Shown: positions 26,268 through 38,067 of the stretch, piece after piece
Layout of the letters: each line of letters begins with the position of its first letter
Position numbering within the stretch: position 1 is the first letter of the stretch
Assembly (NCBI GenBank): GCA_965153285.1
Contig: OZ229113.1
Reading direction: 5' to 3' (one strand)
DNA: 64,000 nt
DNA from: Podarcis tiliguerta
Taxonomy: Eukaryota
Notes under the pieces: model-generated
What the model was told of the DNA's origin: nothing
Seen by the model: the letters and a program-made list of their open reading frames with translations, nothing else
The model's database searches: none
Position numbers and translations under genes: made by a program

Positions 26268-26390
26268 TAGAATCACAGAATTGTAGAGCTGGAAGGGACT
26301 CTAGGGGTCATCTAGCCCAGGGCCATGCAATATAGGGATCTCAACTAAAGCATCCATGGCAGAATAGAATCATATAATATTTAGAGTTGA
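26268..26390 (-). mobile_element. CR1-type 3' tail fragments
   Basis: ATAGAATCACAGAATTGTAGAGCTGGAAGGG is the reverse complement of a CR1 stem-loop plus ATTCTRTG tail. Confidence 0.65.
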
Positions 26391-29300
26391 ACACAGGTCT
26401 ATTTTAATATCGGTCAGGTGATTCTGTAATCACTTTTCCTTTACCTGTGACCACTGGGATGGGATTGCACATTAGGGGAGAGAAATTGCATATTACGGGG
26501 GGGGGGGGGGGACACAAAAAACACACACACAAAAACCCCCACCAAAATGGCTGCCATAAAAACAGCAGACCTGCATTTAGTTTTCCCTTCCATCTCCATA
26601 TTGTGCATGTTAAACTTATGGCATGCCCTGATGTGATTAAAACAAACAGGGATAAAACAGGAAGAGAAACATGGAAACAAAATGGATAGAGGGAACCATC
26701 TCATTGTCATTTTCTGGTTCACACTGAGAAGTTATTTTTGAATGGCCCCAGGGATGGACGTGAGAGCTGCCTGCAGAAATCGATGGAGAAATCCAAGGTT
26801 TTTATATGAACTGTAATTGAGCTAGGGAAGGGGACAGATGTGTCAATGCTCAAGAGGAAGAAGAAGTAAAAAGTAACGACAGGAGAAGAAAGAGGGAGGC
26901 CGAGAGGAGAGAGTCTAGATGGATGTTAGGAGGTGGTGAGAGAGATGGGGAAGAAGATGGGTTGACTGGTAGCTCCCCTGAGGAAAACAGAACCGTAACT
27001 CTTTGTGAAGGCAAGCTTTCTCCTTTGTGAGGGGACCCTAGGGTGCCATCCTTCCACAGAAGGACAGGTGTTCCCTCAGGCCTCACCCGCTTCAAGCCAC
27101 AGGCTTGGGTAATGCATGCTTACCAGCAACAATTTGCTGTGGTGCCTCACTTGTATCCATTATAATCGCCACCAACCCAGCACAGAGGAGGCCGAATTTG
27201 CCGCCTGAGGTGACTGCCTCACCTCGCCTCATGGGCAGGCTGGCCCTGGTTACAGCACACGGTTCAAAGCCCTCATCAATCTAATCACCCCAATTAGGGT
27301 TGATTATAATGTGAGCTGCATACGATGAACAACTTCAGCACTGATGGCTATGTTGACTTTATTTTTGTCTCAGCTTTTCTCCGAGTAGCCCAGAGAAGCC
27401 TCGCAACAACTGTGTGGGCTGGGTGGTGATATAGAGAGCTTTGCCAACTGAGAAGAAATCTGAATTTTGGATTCCCATCCTCAGTACCACCAGTCAAGCC
27501 ATTGCAGTCTGACTAGTAGACTTTATCCTTCCTCAAAGTAGGGATGAGGTGCCTCAAGCCTCTCTTGTTTCTACTTTGCACCTTCCCTTAGTGTATTTGC
27601 CTGTGTCCCTGGATACTGATAATACTTCTTGCTTGCCTGGAAGGAGGAAAGAGAAAGCTGTGTGGAGAAGGAAGCCTACTGTGCTGAGGTAAAATTGATC
27701 ATTAGTTTTGCCTTTGGCCCAGTCTACTGCCAGCATGTGGCCCCTCAGGGTAGCCCAGAAGGGAATGCAGCACCTGATCTGAAAACGTTTCCCCATCCCT
27801 GCCTAAGGCCTCTATGTATTTGTGTCCCTCCTAAATAGGGCTTTTTCCAGCCAGAACTCAGTTCCAGCGCCTCTCAGGTGGGCACCATTGCCATTCTAAG
27901 AGAATGAGGGAAGTGTTCATGGTGAGTTCCAGCACTACTGTATTTTTCTAGAAAAACAGTGCTGCTCCTGAATAGTATACTCTTGTTTTTGACTTTAAAA
28001 ACCTGTTTCCAGAAGTTTCAGGTTTCTTTTTGCAAAGACAAGTCAGTTGTTACCATTAGCCATGTAGCTGAAAATTCACAGCATCCTCACTCTGGAAATT
28101 TTATCTTTTATAAAAAGAACACTATTTGTTTATCAAGTTTGGGCAGCAAGCATAAAATTTACAAAGCTCAGTCTTTCACCACAAGGCTCCGGAGGAAGAG
28201 ACCTCAGCCTTGCAACATCTTGTACTTTGTGACAAAATCTTTCGCCTGAGATTTCAATTACTTGGGTAGCAAATGACATTTTAAAGCACCCTCCTCCCAA
28301 AAGTTGAGCTGTGCTTTTCCTTTGCACATCACACAGCTGTGGTTTGACACAAGAACACAGAGAAGGAAACGGATTCACATAGAAGCTGAATGCCTGTGGG
28401 CTTAACTACACGTTATTTGATGATTATTTTATTTTATTGCCTTGTAGCCATAATCAAGAGACTTTTCCGATCCTAGGTGGGCAGGTGGAGGTATGGGGAA
28501 AGAGACAATTTCCATTGGGATCACAGGGTTTAAAAAAACACCCTCAGCTGTGACCCCAAAGAAAATTACACAAATAGGCTGGAATTCAATTATTGGGGTG
28601 GGGGGAGCTCCCCTTAGCACCAGTGGAAGGATTTCCCCCGCCGTCTCTAAATGTAGTGTGAGGGCAAATAGTGAAGGAAGGCTTAAGTCTCTCATCTCTG
28701 CATGTTGCCCTCCCGATGAAAATCTGCCCCACATCTAGGATTGTTTTGTTGTGTTTTTTTTTGATCCCCTGACCTGGCTGCAAGCTACATATAACACAGG
28801 CAGGTCTTTCAAGGGTTGATTCATGAATTTATCCTTTGGTAGCCAAAATGGTGCCCTCCAAATGTTTATAGACCAGAACCCCCCTCATCCTCACCAGTGG
28901 CCATGCTGGCTGGGGCTGAGCCCAGCAACATCCGGAGAGCACTGTGTTGGCTATCCCTCGATTTACCTCTCTGCAAATCCTCCACCATTTTCCTGTTTTC
29001 CACACCAACTTCCATCATTTCATCAACATATAGATCATTCTACTAGAATCAACATCTTGCATTAGCTTTAAAAATGGCTGCAGCAAATGGCCACTTGGGA
29101 GCCCCCACGCCCTGCACACCAGGAGGGATCAGGATTCTATCTCTTATTTGGCCTACCGCCCCCTTTTCGGGGGGGGGGGGGATACTCAGTGCCCCCTGGG
29201 AAATCTACCTTCTTTTAGTGAACAAACAGAAAGATGCAGTGAGAAATTTGCATTCTTTTATGTATCTATATTTCTACCTATGTCCTACAACATAGTAAAG

Positions 29301-30550
29301 AAAGATGTAAAAAAGTCACCATTAAGATTAAAATTATAAATAGGCAAACGGAGAGCTAGAGGATTTGCTGGCCCTGCAAAGCACTGCCCCACCAACCTTG
29401 CTTTGATCTCAGCCAACCCCCACCTGCCCACAACCAATCAGAGGGTAGGTCTGCCTGTTATTGGCTCTGGCTTCACCTACTGTTGGTCTCCTGTCCACCC
29501 AATAGGCAGCAGCCACCACTGCTTCAAGGCTAGCACCACATGCCAAAGGATTGCTTAGGCCTGGGCTAGACAAAAAGCAGATCGTTTGCTGTAACTGTTC
29601 CTAGAGTCTACTACTTCAGACTACAGGGTCTGAATGCTTCCATATTGGGTGGAGGAGGTCCTACACAAAGGAAGCTAGATGTCAGAAGAGGCTAGGCTAG
29701 AATCCTTATGCCACATATGAATTTTATAGTTGGCTATTAATTTGATTTCTTATTTTATTTTCCAAATTTGTATACCACCTTTCATCCACAGATCTCAGGG
29801 TGGTTCACAACATAAAACCACAAAATACATTTGAAAAAATTAAGATCAACAACAAATCAAAAAATTGGTTGCTGTTGCTTATTTGGGAAATATTCAGCTA
29901 TGAGATTACTCACCTGCAGCTTGAAATGGAGATCTAGGAATGTTTATGGCACATGATCTGCTGTTTACATGAACAGAACTTTAGGCATTCTAATCAATAT
30001 GAAATCATTTTAAGTGAGCAAAATCGATCCTTCATCTTCTAAGCAGAGTGCTCCCTGCTACAGATGGAGGCTCATATTCCATTTATGTCCTCCCAACTCC
30101 TTGCAGACTTGTGTTTATTGAACTGCCCTGCCTTTAAAGTACTCAATACAAAGGTGGGAAATTGTGTGGCGCTTTAAAAAAACTAATATATATTGCTTAA
30201 GGATATAATGGGAGCCTGTTAAGCCTGTCACTATGGTCTTAGAGCTAGTGCATCTGCCATAGTATCCTGCTTTTTCAAATACCAATCTTCTCTTGTGTAG
30301 CTGCTGGTATTCCTCATCACCCATGTGCTAGTGCAAAGCGGTTTAGGACTGGGCTGTTAGGTTGCCCCATAAGTCATTATCTATTACGTTTTTGTCAGAG
30401 AGCAGCTGTTAACTGAAACATATGCACTCCAATCCTATGCCTATTTATTCAGAAAACAGACCTTGTTCTCACAGTAATAAATTTGTTTATAGAGACTCTA
30501 CCACTGCAGTTGGGGTTCACAGAGTTGAATGTTCCTCTCTCTCCCCACCC

Positions 30551-30686
30551 CAGGCATAGGCAAACGCTGGCCCTCCAGATGTTTGGGGCTACAATTCCCA
30601 TCATCCATAGCTATCAGGACCAGTGGTCAGGGATGATGGGAATTGTAGTCCCAAACATCTGGAGGGACGGAGTTTGCCTATGCCTG
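30551..30686. mobile_element. Palindromic hAT-like MITE
   Basis: TIR CAGGCATAGGCAAAC / GTTTGCCTATGCCTG and near-complete internal self-complementarity. No TSD resolved. Confidence 0.8.
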
Positions 30687-32096
30687 GCCCAGGCTCTGCT
30701 TAATCCCCGCTTCACATGGAAAATTATATGTTAATGAGAAAAGCCTGGGGTTTTTTCTGATACACTTGTTTTCTGTATAAATGTTTTCACACCTATAGAG
30801 GAGCATAATGTGAACCACCACCTATGGTCTGAGGCTAAGGCACAGATTTACAACTCAGCTGCTGGTTGTGAGAATTAGGCCAATATTCCACTAGATTCAG
30901 TGGGATTGACATTTAAGTAAGTAAGCACAAGACTTAAGTCTTAGGCAGCCTATAGGATTGGGCTTCATGTTACAAAATAAAATTAAAATAAAATAGTAAG
31001 CTCTAACCCTATGTGAATTTACCAATTGAAGCCATTCGCTTTAAAAAGGGTAATTGTTCGTTCTTTCTTTTTCCCATAAAAGCTTACTGGCATTGTACTA
31101 TTTTGAGGCAGGTGCTCAGCGAGTCTTGTCAATCTTGTCTCAGTAGCGATTGACACCTTGACGAGTCTGCCTGTAATATCCACAAGCAAAAGGAAGTGTG
31201 TCACGTTTTGAAGAGTCCAGGCACCAGTGCAGATGTCGGCATGCCCCATCCTGTATGCTTCTCGTTACTTGTTGTCTGTTGGACTATAAAATTTCAGCAA
31301 TTTTGAAAACCCACCAGAATGAATAGCCATTGACGAGAAATCTCTCAGCAAAATCTGAAAGCTAAATGAAAAAAACATCTGCATTCTATTCAGGTTGTCA
31401 CAGCCTTTTCAGTGGCGTTTGAATAGTTTTCCAGTTGCTAACACTGGAGGCCTGGAACACCATCAGAGATACTATAGGGTTTTTGATGAGGATGATAAAA
31501 AATGAGGATGATTTAAAGGAGACTCGTGATATTTTTGGTTTCAGTGACTTTGTCCAACTCATCACTGAAACAAAGCCCAAGCATGTGCAACTTGCCCTTT
31601 CTTCCTTTCATTCCTTCTTGAACTTATTTCCCTCCCTCTTTCTTTGTTGCCTGTCTCCCCTAGGACTAAATTTAGACTGTGGATTTGGAGCACGGAGCAG
31701 AGATGCATTTAGGGCACTGGGTGCTGAGCCAAGGGCCTTCTCAAAGCCCAGTAAGTAAGGCACTGGGCTTTGGGAAGGAGGTGTGAGGGCTCTGAAAGGG
31801 CCCTAGAGTCCTCCTGTCTCTTTCCCAAAGCCTAGTTAGTGCTTTCCCAGCTTTAGGAAGGAGGTGGGAGGGCTCTAAGGCCCTGCCTGACCCTTCATGC
31901 CTCCTTCCCAAAGCCTTGCTTTTCCGGCTTTGGAGTGGCAGTTCAAATTTTGGTGCCATATTACCCAAGTCCATCACAGCAGGGAGCTGCTGTTTGTTTA
32001 AAGCAAGGAATAGTAACCTCAGGCCCAGTGGCCAAATGCGGCCCTCCATGCCTCACTCTTCCTAGGCCACATTTCCTCCCCAGCTACACCTAAGTG

Positions 32097-32905
32097 CATA
32101 AGAAGAGGAGCAGGCTGCTGGCTCATTGAATCCAGCATCCTGTTCTCACAGTGGCCAATCAGATGCCTGTGGTGTCAGGTGTGTGTGCAGGAGCCAGGCC
32201 CTGTGACCAATAGGACTCTGCAGGACTGGGGCCTTCCTAAGTTTGTTCTGAAGAGGCAAGGCGCGGCTTCACAGATGAAGCCAATTGGTAACTCACAGCA
32301 CCTGGTGGCAAGAGCTGGGAAGGTATATAAGGTCAACATTTCCCTTTGGCTCTTTGCCACAGCAACATGCTTCCTGCCTTACTGTGTTTGGCTTCTTGCT
32401 TTCTGATCCTTGACTCCCTGCTTCTTGATCTTTGGACCCTTGACTTCTTGCTTCTTGATCCTTAGACCCCTGACTTTGTGACTCTTTGCTTCCTGACCCT
32501 CGGACCCTTGGCTTCTTGACTCCTGGCTCTCTGACCCTCGGACTCTTGGCTTTCCAACTCCTGGCTTCTGGACTCCCGCTCCTGCTCCCACCCTGCCATC
32601 TTGCCCCCGGTCCCGACATCCCCAGCCAGGAGTTCGTTCGCCCGTGAACCGGACCGTGACATGTGGGGAGCAAGGTAGTCATGAACACAAGAGCCCACCT
32701 ACAACTCCCGGCCACTGGCATTCAGAGGCATATCACTTCTGACAGTCGAGGTAAAATATGTCCATTGTGGCTAGTTGCCAATGATAACCTTGGCCTCCAT
32801 CAATCTGTCAATCCTTCTTTTAAACCTATACAAATTGGTGGCCATCACTGCCTTCAGTGGGAATGAGTTCTGTAGTTTAACTATGTGCTGCGTGAAGATG
32901 CACTT
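32097..32905 (-). mobile_element. Old CR1 3' fragment, interrupted by a solo LTR
   Basis: CATAAGAAGAG...TCCAGCATCCTGTTCTCACAGTGGCCAATCAGATGCCTGTGG resumes after 32662 and continues to GAGTTCTGTAGTTTAACTATG. Confidence 0.7.
32173..32661 (+). mobile_element. Solo LTR (Ty3/Gypsy-like), 489 bp
   Basis: TGTCA...TGACA inverted termini, perfect 5 bp TSD TGTGG (32168-32172 and 32662-32666), and internal CCAAT and TATATAA. Confidence 0.85.
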
Positions 32906-33735
32906 TTCTCTCCCTGGGCCAGATGGCTTACAGGCCCTGCATTGCGCCATCCTTTAGTGCTTTTGCCCGGCTGCAATGGGTCATTGAATTCTGGTGCTAC
33001 GTCTTGCTCGGCTGGAAGGAGGCTAGAGAGGTGTGCACACAGAAACTAGACTGTGCCAAGATAAAAATCACATATGTTGTTCTGCCCATTTTTGCTTTTG
33101 GCCCTGCCCGCCACTAGCATGCCCTCTACCCAAAATGTTTGCTGTGGCCAAAAAATTATTCCTCCCTCTGGTTTGCATCTGGCATCCTTGGGCAGCTGCT
33201 GGAGCCACAGCAGCCCCACAGGCCCAGAACTGATGCCTGCCCTGAGCTTGCAAAAAAAACACAACCACCACCACCCAAATCCTTACATGGTACTCCAAGC
33301 AGCACTGGGCAATCAGGTCCAGCTGGCATACCACAGTCAGCACACACACCTGCCAAGTCCCACTGATGGAATACTGTTTTGTCCAGGGCTCCCTGTAAAG
33401 TGTTATGTGTGTTGATGGTGCTATCTAAACCCTTTCCAGCGTTTGGCATCTTCACCCTAACCAGTTGTGGGAGCCTATTTGCCGCCATTGCATCTCTGCT
33501 TTGCAGGCTTCCATCACATTTAGTTTACACGTGGTTATCTAGAAGTAAGTTTAGTCAGGACTGATTTCAGAGTATGAGTATTTGGGACTCGGGCGCTTTC
33601 AAAATTAAATCAATCAACAATGTGCTGGCATCTCATAACTATAGTATCCAAAGAACATAACACAAAATCAGGTTAATCACTGGTAGGATCCAGTTTACCA
33701 AATCCTTGTGTTTCTCTTTTCATCTTTTTCTGATT

Positions 33736-33849
33736 TAGAATCATAGAATTGTAGAGTTGGAAGGGACCCTCTAGTCGAACCCCCTGCAATCTTTTGCTCA
33801 AACTCACACACTGAGGTTAAGAATCTCAGGCTCTACCGACTGAGTTATC
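33736..33849 (-). mobile_element. tRNA(Lys)-derived SINE with CR1 tail, internally deleted
   Basis: The reverse complement begins GATAACTCAGTCGGTAGAGCCTGAGATTCTTAACCTCAG and ends CCCTTCCAACTCTACAATTCTATGATTCTA. Confidence 0.75.
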
Positions 33850-34269
33850 GCAGGACTAGATTCCTCTTCTTCCTACATATCTGGTTGAAAATGGGCAACT
33901 GGATTTTCACTCATTCTTAGGAGCCCAGTGATGAAACAACTGGAGCACATTCTAATTATTCGTATTATATCACTGAAAGGAACACTATAGGAGAAGACTC
34001 CTGTCTGAAACACTGGAGAGCAACAGTCAATCAAAATAGACTATAATGAGCGATATGAAGAAATGAAATTCTGGCCTGGAGTCAGGCAGCTTCCTTTGTT
34101 CCCATTTCTGTTCATAAACTACTTTAAAAGTTCCCTTGGATTTTGACAAGATTTGCCAAGTGGCAATGAGAATGGCCACCCTTCAGTGAATCCATGCAGA
34201 ACGACATGCAACATGGTACATCCATCGGAAGCTTTTATTCCTCGAGTAAATTTTGCGATCGGGCTATAA

Positions 34270-34495
34270 ACATAAGAACAGCCTGCTGGATCAGGCCATC
34301 TAGTGTAGCATCTTGCTGTCACAGTGGCCAACCAGATACCTGTGGGGAAACCTGCAAGCACAATTTGGGTCCAAGAGCCCTCTCCCCTCTTGTGATTTTC
34401 AAGTGGTATTCAGAAGCATTACTGCCTCCAACTGTGGCAGCAGATCACAGCCATCATGGCTAATAGCTCCTGAAAGCTCTTTTCTCCATGAATTT
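34270..34495 (-). mobile_element. Old CR1 3' UTR fragment
   Basis: ACATAAGAACAGCCTGCTGGATCAGGCC...CACAGTGGCCAACCAGAT, same family as the 11600 and 41829 copies. Confidence 0.7.
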
Positions 34496-37033
34496 CTCTA
34501 TTTCTCTGTCCTCTATGTATTAAAACCCTATGCTAAAGCTCTCATACTTAAACAAACAGGGTGAAGTTCTCCCATATTCATGCATGCATCTTAAGTCCAA
34601 TAATTGCTTTGTGATAATCTCTTCAGGGTACTTAAACAAAAGCCGGCCCATTAACTTCAGTAGAGTCAGGCTTGCTCTTGGCATTATTCATACTGTGCAG
34701 TTAAACATTCAAGGCAGTCTTAGATACATACTGGATTTTTAAATGTTAATGATATGATATAACCCAACACTTCAAACAACTCAAAGAAATAATTAAGGGA
34801 AATTCCATCATTTCTGGATCATAATTTTCTTCTTGCTGCTGGATTGCTTTGCCCATATTATCAAAGCTGAACAGGTTCTCTGATTTTAAACATGTGCTAC
34901 ACATTTTTCAGCGTATGTATGTATCTGGGATGGCTGGAATCATATAAGATAGAACGAATGACTGTCGAAATTATCAGAAAGACAATAGACTGTCAACATG
35001 CTAATGTGAGCACAATGAATGAAAATGAATACTTTGCTTCCAAGAAACTTGGAGTAGTTTGGAGAGAAGGAATAGATTACCTAAATACATTTAGGTACTG
35101 AGTGCAATTTAGAATATTTTAGCTTCACATTAATGCGATCAAAGGGATTTCAACAGAACACAAGAGTGCATCCTTTGGACATGTCACCTGTGTTTGATTC
35201 CTTTCTCCATCTAATCCAGATCAGTGTTTCTCCATCTGGGAATAGATCAGAAATTCAGTTCAGATTGTGTTTAAAGGAGAACATCCCAAATGCACACTTT
35301 CCAGAACACGGCCATTCTTCAAAATTCACACTTCTCCAAATTTTGCAATGTAGTCATCCAGCCAAGCAATGTATACAAAAATGCATATACTAGGGTAAAG
35401 TGTGTCTAAAATGCACATTTTAGTGAAAAGAACATAGTAAAAGGCATTGTATTAATCAAAAAATGTGTATATTAGGCAAGATTGCATACAAAAATGTTCG
35501 TATTAATAGGAATTTGCAATGAAATGCTGGCTCATTTTCATGAGGACGTTTTTCGGGGGAGCGGTTAAACCCAAACAGCTGTGGAAATGTGAACTGAATT
35601 TAACAGTGGAAAAAATGAAAAATGTAGAGGAATCGAGATTGAGAGATTTACCCTTCCCAAGATCAGATTGCAGTTATCATGTCATGTCTTGAATCTTAAC
35701 CGCCCTCTTGAAGATTGGTGATAGCCTACCAAACCACTGGCAGAAATCTCACCCAACCACTTCATTATGGGCAGTTTATATGAATATTGTAATTTAGAGT
35801 TGGGGAAAACATGGTCCACTGTGACAGCAGAAGGTCTCAAAGTTGGCCCTATGATTCTTTGGACTGTGCCTGTTGCCACTTCTTTGATACTTCACAGTGA
35901 AGTCAGCCTCGCATGCTATTCTCAGCGGTAGAAAATGATTCTTATCCTTGTCATGAAAAGTCCAAGAGCGATTCTGTTCGAACAACACACCTCCACAAAA
36001 CTCCAGAGCTACTTCTGCAAAATGCACAAGGCTGCCAATACACAACTGCACCCTATGATGTCTTTGAAGTCATCTGCCCAACAGCTCAGGTGCTTTAAGA
36101 GAGGACACTGAAGGCATTTTTGGTGTTGCATCGCTTGCTATTATTGCTATGCATGAACTGCCCATCAGACCAGACTGGCGTCAATGTAATTTGGTACTTT
36201 GTAATAGAGGGCAATAGGAGAGGAAAGGCTTCCATTGGAAAAGTGTGGGCCATCACACAAGAAGCTATTTAGAGTTCAGTGTGTGAAAAATTTATAAGAG
36301 GTGATTCACACAACACTTCAATATTGCTACGTCAAGCCATGGTCTATGAATCACTCTTTTAGCAGCGTATTTCCTCTAGAGAGCCATTTGAGAAATGCCA
36401 GGGTGAGATGCTTTTCAGAAGTGCAGAGCTCTGAGTGAGTAATCTATATTTCAATTCAAGCACAACTCTGTGTTTTTGTACATTCCACGTCTCCCAACAA
36501 AATGCTATCTCACCCTGAGAACCCATTGCAGTTTTCATTTCGATATATACCATTAAGCGCAAGGAGTTTAGCCATTGCAATTATGACAAAATAAATATCA
36601 AACAGAATGCCTGGAAACATCAGGTCTGATGTTGATGGCAAACTATAGCCATAGAAAGGTGTCTGAAATAGACCAGAGACTTGGGTGACAGGGAGGACAA
36701 ATTTATATGCTATTTTTAATATAACTGCGCAAGCGCAAATAAAGGTACACCGCCTCTTTGAAAATTAGTGTAGGAACTGCAGGTAGTTCATGTTATTTTT
36801 AAAATTGTATATAAAAGTGGATGTACAAAATTCAGCAGCCTGCATTATGAAAGGCTGCTGATAATGTTCTGAGCAAATACTATATTACTGTGCACTTTGG
36901 TTTTGTATCGCTCTCTGCAGAGTCCCTGACATATATATATATATTTATGTTTATTATAAGAATAAATGCTGTGTACAATATGAAATACAGAGGTTTTGCT
37001 ACAGTCACTGAACCCTAACGACACGTTCTCAAG

Positions 37034-38062
37034 ATGGAGGGGGAGGGAACAGCTGCAGTCGCCTGCAGTTCCTGCGCAATGCTTGCCATCTTGCCAAAGG
37101 TTGCAGGCAGCTTTACATGCAGCAATTGCATGTTGATTGCCCTCCTAAAAGACAAAGTCCAGCAACTGGAGGAACGTGTAGCTACACTCCAAAGAATTAG
37201 AGAGCTGGAGCTCTTCTTGGAAGCAGCAGAGCACACCGTCTCCACCAAGGAGGAGACAGGAGACTCCCCTGGGAAGGAGGCTAGTTCACCAACACAGGAG
37301 CCCGATATGTGGAGAAACGTGACTCAAAGAAGTAGGAGGCCCAGGGTTCGCTCTGATTGTTTAGAAATACACAATCGCTTTGAGGTCCTCTCCCCTAGCA
37401 TGGAAGACGAAGAGCAGACTCCATTTGAGGATCTCTCCCTCATTACAGTCGATCAGGTATATGAAGATGAGCAGCAAAGTCAGTCCTCAGGGAATGTGCA
37501 GGCGACCTTGGAACGGACCGCTCACGGAAGAACCCTGACCAAACCTAAGAGGAGGCGTGTAGTGGTGATAGGGGATTCCCTACTGAGGGGAACAGAAGCA
37601 GTGATCTGTGGGCCTGACAAGATGTCTCGGGAAGTGTGCTGTCTCCCCGGGGCTAAGATCCAAGATGTAACTGAACGACTGCCACGAATCATAAAACCCA
37701 CTGACAAATACCCCTTCCTCTTGGTTCATGTGGGAACCAATGACACTGCAAGCAATAGCCTCCAGAAGATCAAAAGAGACTACGAGGCTCTGGGCAGGAA
37801 ATTGAAGCAATTAAATGCACAAATCGTCATCTCATCTGTCCTCCCAGTTGAACGACGTGGCCCAGGGAGAGAGGGGAAAATAGTGGAAGTAAACAGCTGG
37901 CTTCGCAAATGGTGTAAACAGGAACGGTTTGGATTCTTAGATCACGGACTGCAGTTTCTTGAAGATGGACTTCTGGCAAGCGATGGGCTGCACCTCACAA
38001 CGGTTGGGAGGAATGTTTTTGCCAAAAAACTCAGAAACCTCATCAGGAGGGCTTTAAACTGA
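37034..38062 (+). CDS. CR1 ORF1p (342 aa): Zn-finger/leucine zipper plus SGNH/GDSL esterase domain
   Basis: CSSC..CSNC, heptad [15 protein letters not shown], esterase blocks VIGDS, HVGTND and DGLH; ends RRALN*. Confidence 0.95.
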   Translation: MEGEGTAAVACSSCAMLAILPKVAGSFTCSNCMLIALLKDKVQQLEERVATLQRIRELELFLEAAEHTVSTKEETGDSPGKEASSPTQEPDMWRNVTQRSRRPRVRSDCLEIHNRFEVLSPSMEDEEQTPFEDLSLITVDQVYEDEQQSQSSGNVQATLERTAHGRTLTKPKRRRVVVIGDSLLRGTEAVICGPDKMSREVCCLPGAKIQDVTERLPRIIKPTDKYPFLLVHVGTNDTASNSLQKIKRDYEALGRKLKQLNAQIVISSVLPVERRGPGREGKIVEVNSWLRKWCKQERFGFLDHGLQFLEDGLLASDGLHLTTVGRNVFAKKLRNLIRRALN

Positions 38063-38067
38063 CTAAT

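Noticed and set aside
32293-32721. Repetitive minus-strand peptides (SQGSKDQEA) and a superficially CRISPR-like array
   Set aside because: These come from the LTR minisatellite. There are no unique spacers or cas genes, and the DNA is vertebrate.
33736-33849. tRNA-Lys-like sequence
   Set aside because: The cloverleaf is incomplete and fused to a CR1 tail, so it is a SINE head rather than a tRNA gene.
36940-37033. Possible TSD (AATGC) for the intact CR1
   Set aside because: Too short and ambiguous to fix the 5' end.
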